The notes below the pieces were generated by a model. The model did not search any database and was not told where the DNA came from. It worked only from the letters and a program-made list of their open reading frames with translations. Both the position numbers and the translations under genes were made by a program. Below are positions 59,856-64,000 of a stretch of 64,000 bases of DNA, piece by piece. Position 1 is the stretch's first letter. Every line of letters begins with the position of its first letter. The stretch is from Omnitrophica WOR_2 bacterium RIFOXYA2_FULL_38_17. Its GTDB lineage: Bacteria; Omnitrophota; Gorgyraeia; Zapsychrales; Zapsychraceae. Location: assembly GCA_001805965.1 (NCBI GenBank), contig MHHG01000024.1, positions 1,384-65,383 on the forward strand, written 5' to 3'.

Positions 59856-60524
59856 ATGCTTTATATCACGTCTACTCCAATAGGAAACCTTAAAGACATT
59901 ACTCTTCGGGCGATCGAAGTTTTAAAAGAAGTCGATCTTATCGCTGCTGAAGATACCCGCCATACAAGAATATTAACTAAACATTATGATATAGATACAC
60001 CGCTGACGAGTTATTTTGAACATAATAAATTTAAGAAAAGTGAATACCTGCTTAAGGTGTTACAGGAAGGTAAAAGTGTTGCGCTTGTAACTGATGCAGG
60101 TACCCCTGGAATAAGTGATCCTGGCTATCGTCTTATTAAGCTTGCACAGGAAAATAATATTCCTATTACTGTTGTGCCGGGCGCGTGTGCGCTTGTTGCA
60201 GGATTGTCTTTGTCTGGGCTTCCAACAGATAGTTTTGTTTTTGAAGGATTTCTGCCGAACAAATCATCGGCAAGAAGAAAGAAGCTGGAAGCATTGAAAG
60301 ATGAGAAGCGGACTATTATTTTTTATGAATCGCCACATCGGATCACCAAGGCTTTAAAGGATATTGAAGAGGTGTTAGGAAATCCTGTAGTCGCTTGCGC
60401 AAGAGAATTGACAAAGAAATTTGAAGAGCTAAGGAAGGGGACCGCCGCTGAATTGTATGAACATTTTTCCCGAACAAATCCAAAGGGCGAGTTTGTGTTA
60501 ATGTTGAATTTGAAACGGGAGTAG
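59856..60524 (+). CDS. rsmI: 16S rRNA (C1402-2'-O)-methyltransferase
   Basis: TPIGNLKDITLRA, AEDTRHT, DAGTPGISDPG, YESPHR, RELTKKFEE. Confidence 0.96.
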   Translation: MLYITSTPIGNLKDITLRAIEVLKEVDLIAAEDTRHTRILTKHYDIDTPLTSYFEHNKFKKSEYLLKVLQEGKSVALVTDAGTPGISDPGYRLIKLAQENNIPITVVPGACALVAGLSLSGLPTDSFVFEGFLPNKSSARRKKLEALKDEKRTIIFYESPHRITKALKDIEEVLGNPVVACARELTKKFEELRKGTAAELYEHFSRTNPKGEFVLMLNLKRE

Positions 60525-60536
60525 ATCTTGAACAAC

Positions 60537-60574
60537 AAAAAAGCCTCTAACGCATTAGCGCTAGAGGCTTTTTT
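60537..60574. terminator. Bidirectional terminator between convergent genes
   Basis: AAAAAAGCCTCTA...TAGAGGCTTTTTT. Confidence 0.85.
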
Positions 60575-60586
60575 ATTATTTTATCT

Positions 60587-63500
60587 TTATTGACAACCTA
60601 TAAGTTTTCCGCAATGGTCGTGAATACAAGGATTTGTGACCCAAAAGGCAGAACAGTTGCCAGGAGTTCCTTCTGCCCCTCTTGGATGCCAAAGTGACCA
60701 TTTTTTATATTGTCCTTCCGTTAATGTCTCACATGTGCCGTAAGTCCCGTCAGGCTGGCATTTATATACGCCATCTTGCTTGTCACAATCACCAAAAGGT
60801 TTACATTTACCTTCAAGATTAGCTACACAGAAACATACTGGAACACCGCCAGACTTAATGTAATCTGTACCACATTCGTTTAGCCTATAAGCACCTGTAT
60901 AGTCATTCCCATCAGGGGCTTGAATGGTGCAAGAGCCCCTATAACTTAGAGGGGTTCCAAATGTTATTTGGAAGGAGCATGTTGGAGACCATTCATGGTT
61001 AACACAAGATCTAATTCCAGGGCAATTATTTATTGGATTCAATTCCCCGTTACGTTTTAGGTATCCATCTTCGCAGGAGTAGTAGTTTGGATCAAAGTCA
61101 GTAGGGCATGGAACAGAAGCATCATTACATGTGAATGAATCCAGGGTTGTATTGAAAGGATGATGCCCGCAGGAACAGGCTCCATATTGGTCACCGCATG
61201 GATCGCATATCTTATAATCATATTTTATATAAGGATCAGAACCATCTCCTGGAATAGGAAGATAGCTGCATGACAGAGTGGTATATGGGCTGCAAAGTGA
61301 ATGGCTGCAAGGACCCCAGTCATTAGTAGCAGCGCAATACTGAGTTCCCCGTCCTAAACAGCTAGGGCTGTAATCACAACTTTGATATGGATTGCTTGGG
61401 CCGGCAACGTAAATACATTGCCCGCAATTGTCTTCACAGCGCGTATAAATTGGACAGTTAGGATTTGTCGGGATCTTTGCCTGCAAGCTTTGAATGACGC
61501 TACAGCTTGTTGGACCTGACGAAAGCCTGGCAATATCTGCAAGAGTTAAGCTCATTCCGCAGCCAGTGGTGCTTCCATAGTTCTGCCAATCGCTCCAGTT
61601 GCAGCAGCTTTCTGCATATGGTGTTGAAGATATCAAAGTTGATGTTGTGCATCCTGAAACAGCTGAAGTCCGGCATTTCACAAGAGTTGTATCCGGATAT
61701 GAGGTGCTTTCACACGACAGACCACAAGATTCGTTGGTTTGGAAATTACAGCAAAGGTCTGAGCTATTTGATGCTATAACAGGGGTTTTATTACAACCAG
61801 GAGTTGGAGAAGTATAACAAGTAACATATTTATTTGCATCATAAAAAGTTGTTCCTCCGTCGCATGATATGCCACAGCCTTCGGTTGTTGTGTAGTCAGG
61901 GCAACAGGTCACATGTCCTATGTCTTTACTGGCTGTTACCGGACAGGTTGGCTTTGCCGGGATCGATACACAAGTAATAAGGTCGGTATCTGCGTATGTT
62001 GTAACATTCCCGCAGTCGATGCCGCAACCTTGAGTTGTTGTATATTCTGCCGGGGCACAACAGGCAGGGTCGTTCGTATCAAGGCGTGTTACTGTCGGGG
62101 CAGCACATCCCGGATTCCCTGTAAGGGAAGTCTTGCAAACGACATAATCGCTTACAAGATAGTCAGAGCCGGCACAATCGATCCCGCAGCCGGCATAAGG
62201 TGCTGCCTCAGTATATTGGCAGTAGGTGCCGTCCCCATCAAATGTCGGACCGTCTACCAGGACATCATCACAATAAGGGTCTGCGGCTCCAGGAGCAGTG
62301 ATTGTTTTTTTCTTGCATTCGGTGTATTCACCTGCTCCATATGTTATTCCATTACAGGTCTGTCCATAGCCTGAACTGTAAACATATCCGCAGTACAGGT
62401 CTGTCTGGTCAGCTGCGTTATCGACGATATCATCGCAATCGGCAACTACAGATGTTTGGCAGGTGACCCTGTAATAGGCTGGATAGTTTGTTCCAGCACA
62501 GGAGAGCCCCCAGCCTGTGTTTGAAGCATAGTTACAACAGGCATTCGCATTAACAACAGGGGATCCTGCCTCAAGCTGGTCTGTACAGCCATAAGTTTTT
62601 AGGGAGGAAGGTGTAACTTCATTACAGTCAACCCACTCATTGGTGCCATAATTTATATCGTTACATTCAAGGCTGCAGCCTTGAATATCATTATACGTGC
62701 AGCATGCCATTGTGCTTGTTGCTGTTTCAATAGGATCGCAACCGGCAACCGCAGAGGTTCGACAGGTTACATATTCTATTGGTGTATGGGCATGTCCGTT
62801 ACAGGTCAACCCGCAGCCAGCGACAGTTGTATAGTTGCAGCATGCAGTTACGCTTGTAGCTGCATTAGCTACTGTAGCTGTAATTCCGTCAGAGCATAAG
62901 GCTACATTTATTGTCGGCCTTTTGCACTTGTAAGCCTGGTTTGGTAAAAATGTCTGGGCACCGCAAGTTCCGCCGCATTGCCAGGTTGCATCTGTTACAA
63001 AAAGACAGCAGTCATTATGGTTTTGAGCAGTGATTATATTTTCAGAGCAGTATCCTGTAGCCGAGATCTGGCAAGTAGTGACTTTAGTGTCAGCAGGATA
63101 TATCGTACTGTTACAGTTTGCGCCACATCCGAGACCTCCTGTTGTATATTGGCAGCATGTGGCTGCATTTACCTCTTGGCTAACAATAACGTCATCGCAG
63201 CCGGCACCTCTCATAGTTGCTGAGACCTTACAGGTAACAAGGTCGCTATAGTTATATGTTCCGTCTCCGCCGCAAGCTTCTTCCAGGGCATTGAACTTGC
63301 CGCCGCAGCCGGATTTAGTTTCAAACCCGCAACAGACATCATCATTAGGGCTTGTTGTTACTATATCAGTACAATTTGCATTGCCTGCCGGCGTGCATAT
63401 GACTTTTGTTCCCAGAGGATATACAATTCCTCTGCCATTACATTGGCCGCCGCATGTAACCACTGGCGCTCCGTAGTTGCAGCATAAATTATTTACATCG

Positions 63501-64000
63501 CTTGTGCTTGTATTTTTTGTTACTGATTTAGATGGGCAGTCTGGATTGTCCGCATCTGTATATTGTACCCAGTTAGTTGAGCTTTCACACTCGTCTCTGG
63601 TTGTGTTGTACCCACAGCAATCATTATGGAAATCTTCTAGGGTTGTAGTTATGTCACAATCAGGATTGGCGACATCTTCTGATACAGTTTGCTTGGTTAC
63701 TCCTATATATGTGGCAGGTATAAGCGGGTCGAATTTATCTATACATGTTGTTGTTTCAGCATAATTGCAGCAGTTGTCTGAGTTTTCTTCTGATACGATC
63801 GTTGGATCACAATCTATAGGGAATGTGTCGGACCAAGTGCATTCTACCCAGGTCCCTCCATCATAAGTCACTCCATCACAAGAATTGTAAATAGTGCCAA
63901 TGCCGTCATCCAAAGCTGTTCCGCAACCTTCGGCATATTTATAGCTGCAGCAATCCGCTTCATTATCAACAGTGACTATCTTATCAGTACATTGTGGATG
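60587..64000 (-). CDS. Large Cys-rich repeat protein, 3' part only (reading frame open past the window edge)
   Basis: Frame stays open from 63913 to 64000 (HPQCTDKIVTVDNEADCCSYKYAEGCG...); more than 1130 aa, rich in Cys/Thr/Gly/Asp/Asn. Confidence 0.85.
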   Translation of the reverse strand, partial: HPQCTDKIVTVDNEADCCSYKYAEGCGTALDDGIGTIYNSCDGVTYDGGTWVECTWSDTFPIDCDPTIVSEENSDNCCNYAETTTCIDKFDPLIPATYIGVTKQTVSEDVANPDCDITTTLEDFHNDCCGYNTTRDECESSTNWVQYTDADNPDCPSKSVTKNTSTSDVNNLCCNYGAPVVTCGGQCNGRGIVYPLGTKVICTPAGNANCTDIVTTSPNDDVCCGFETKSGCGGKFNALEEACGGDGTYNYSDLVTCKVSATMRGAGCDDVIVSQEVNAATCCQYTTGGLGCGANCNSTIYPADTKVTTCQISATGYCSENIITAQNHNDCCLFVTDATWQCGGTCGAQTFLPNQAYKCKRPTINVALCSDGITATVANAATSVTACCNYTTVAGCGLTCNGHAHTPIEYVTCRTSAVAGCDPIETATSTMACCTYNDIQGCSLECNDINYGTNEWVDCNEVTPSSLKTYGCTDQLEAGSPVVNANACCNYASNTGWGLSCAGTNYPAYYRVTCQTSVVADCDDIVDNAADQTDLYCGYVYSSGYGQTCNGITYGAGEYTECKKKTITAPGAADPYCDDVLVDGPTFDGDGTYCQYTEAAPYAGCGIDCAGSDYLVSDYVVCKTSLTGNPGCAAPTVTRLDTNDPACCAPAEYTTTQGCGIDCGNVTTYADTDLITCVSIPAKPTCPVTASKDIGHVTCCPDYTTTEGCGISCDGGTTFYDANKYVTCYTSPTPGCNKTPVIASNSSDLCCNFQTNESCGLSCESTSYPDTTLVKCRTSAVSGCTTSTLISSTPYAESCCNWSDWQNYGSTTGCGMSLTLADIARLSSGPTSCSVIQSLQAKIPTNPNCPIYTRCEDNCGQCIYVAGPSNPYQSCDYSPSCLGRGTQYCAATNDWGPCSHSLCSPYTTLSCSYLPIPGDGSDPYIKYDYKICDPCGDQYGACSCGHHPFNTTLDSFTCNDASVPCPTDFDPNYYSCEDGYLKRNGELNPINNCPGIRSCVNHEWSPTCSFQITFGTPLSYRGSCTIQAPDGNDYTGAYRLNECGTDYIKSGGVPVCFCVANLEGKCKPFGDCDKQDGVYKCQPDGTYGTCETLTEGQYKKWSLWHPRGAEGTPGNCSAFWVTNPCIHDHCGKLIGCQ
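61600..64000 (-). repeat. About 15 tandem degenerate ~45-60 aa six-cysteine protein repeats
   Basis: Consensus CC-x-Y-x4-GCG-x2-C-x4-Y-x5-V-x-C-x7-11-C-x11-17, visible at protein level only. Confidence 0.85.

Overview
AT-rich bacterial chromosomal window; gene content and a giant Cys-rich protein suggest Candidatus Omnitrophota or a related PVC lineage (inference only). The first ~30 kb is a nitrogen-assimilation island: three amtB-glnK pairs, type III glutamine synthetase, a TorF/Gcw_chp-like porin, GAF-bearing PtsP (EI-Ntr), glutamine-dependent NadE, a stand-alone FMN glutamate-synthase-family protein and gltBD, plus two paralogous GAF-GAF-ANTAR RNA-binding regulators and a cation/H+ antiporter fused to a PTS EIIA domain. 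The main discovery is in the intergenic DNA. Five leaders (four directly behind clear sigma70 promoters) carry about ten copies of a short hairpin (approx. GGRC-RNNGNN-GUYC, hexaloop with G at position 4, the ANTAR-binding signature). Its 3' arm is usually also the 5' arm of an intrinsic terminator, and these units are stacked up to three in a row. This reads as an ANTAR antitermination regulon for nitrogen, with positive autoregulation. The rest is mostly housekeeping (carAB, purF, pyrG, rpe, metH, uppP, trmB, dac, dsbA-like, glmS, rsmI, two tRNAs), a FIST-kinase-diguanylate cyclase module, an orphan divergent bL27, degenerate palindromes inserted in-frame in carB and metH, and the 3' part of a large Cys-rich repeat protein that runs off the window.
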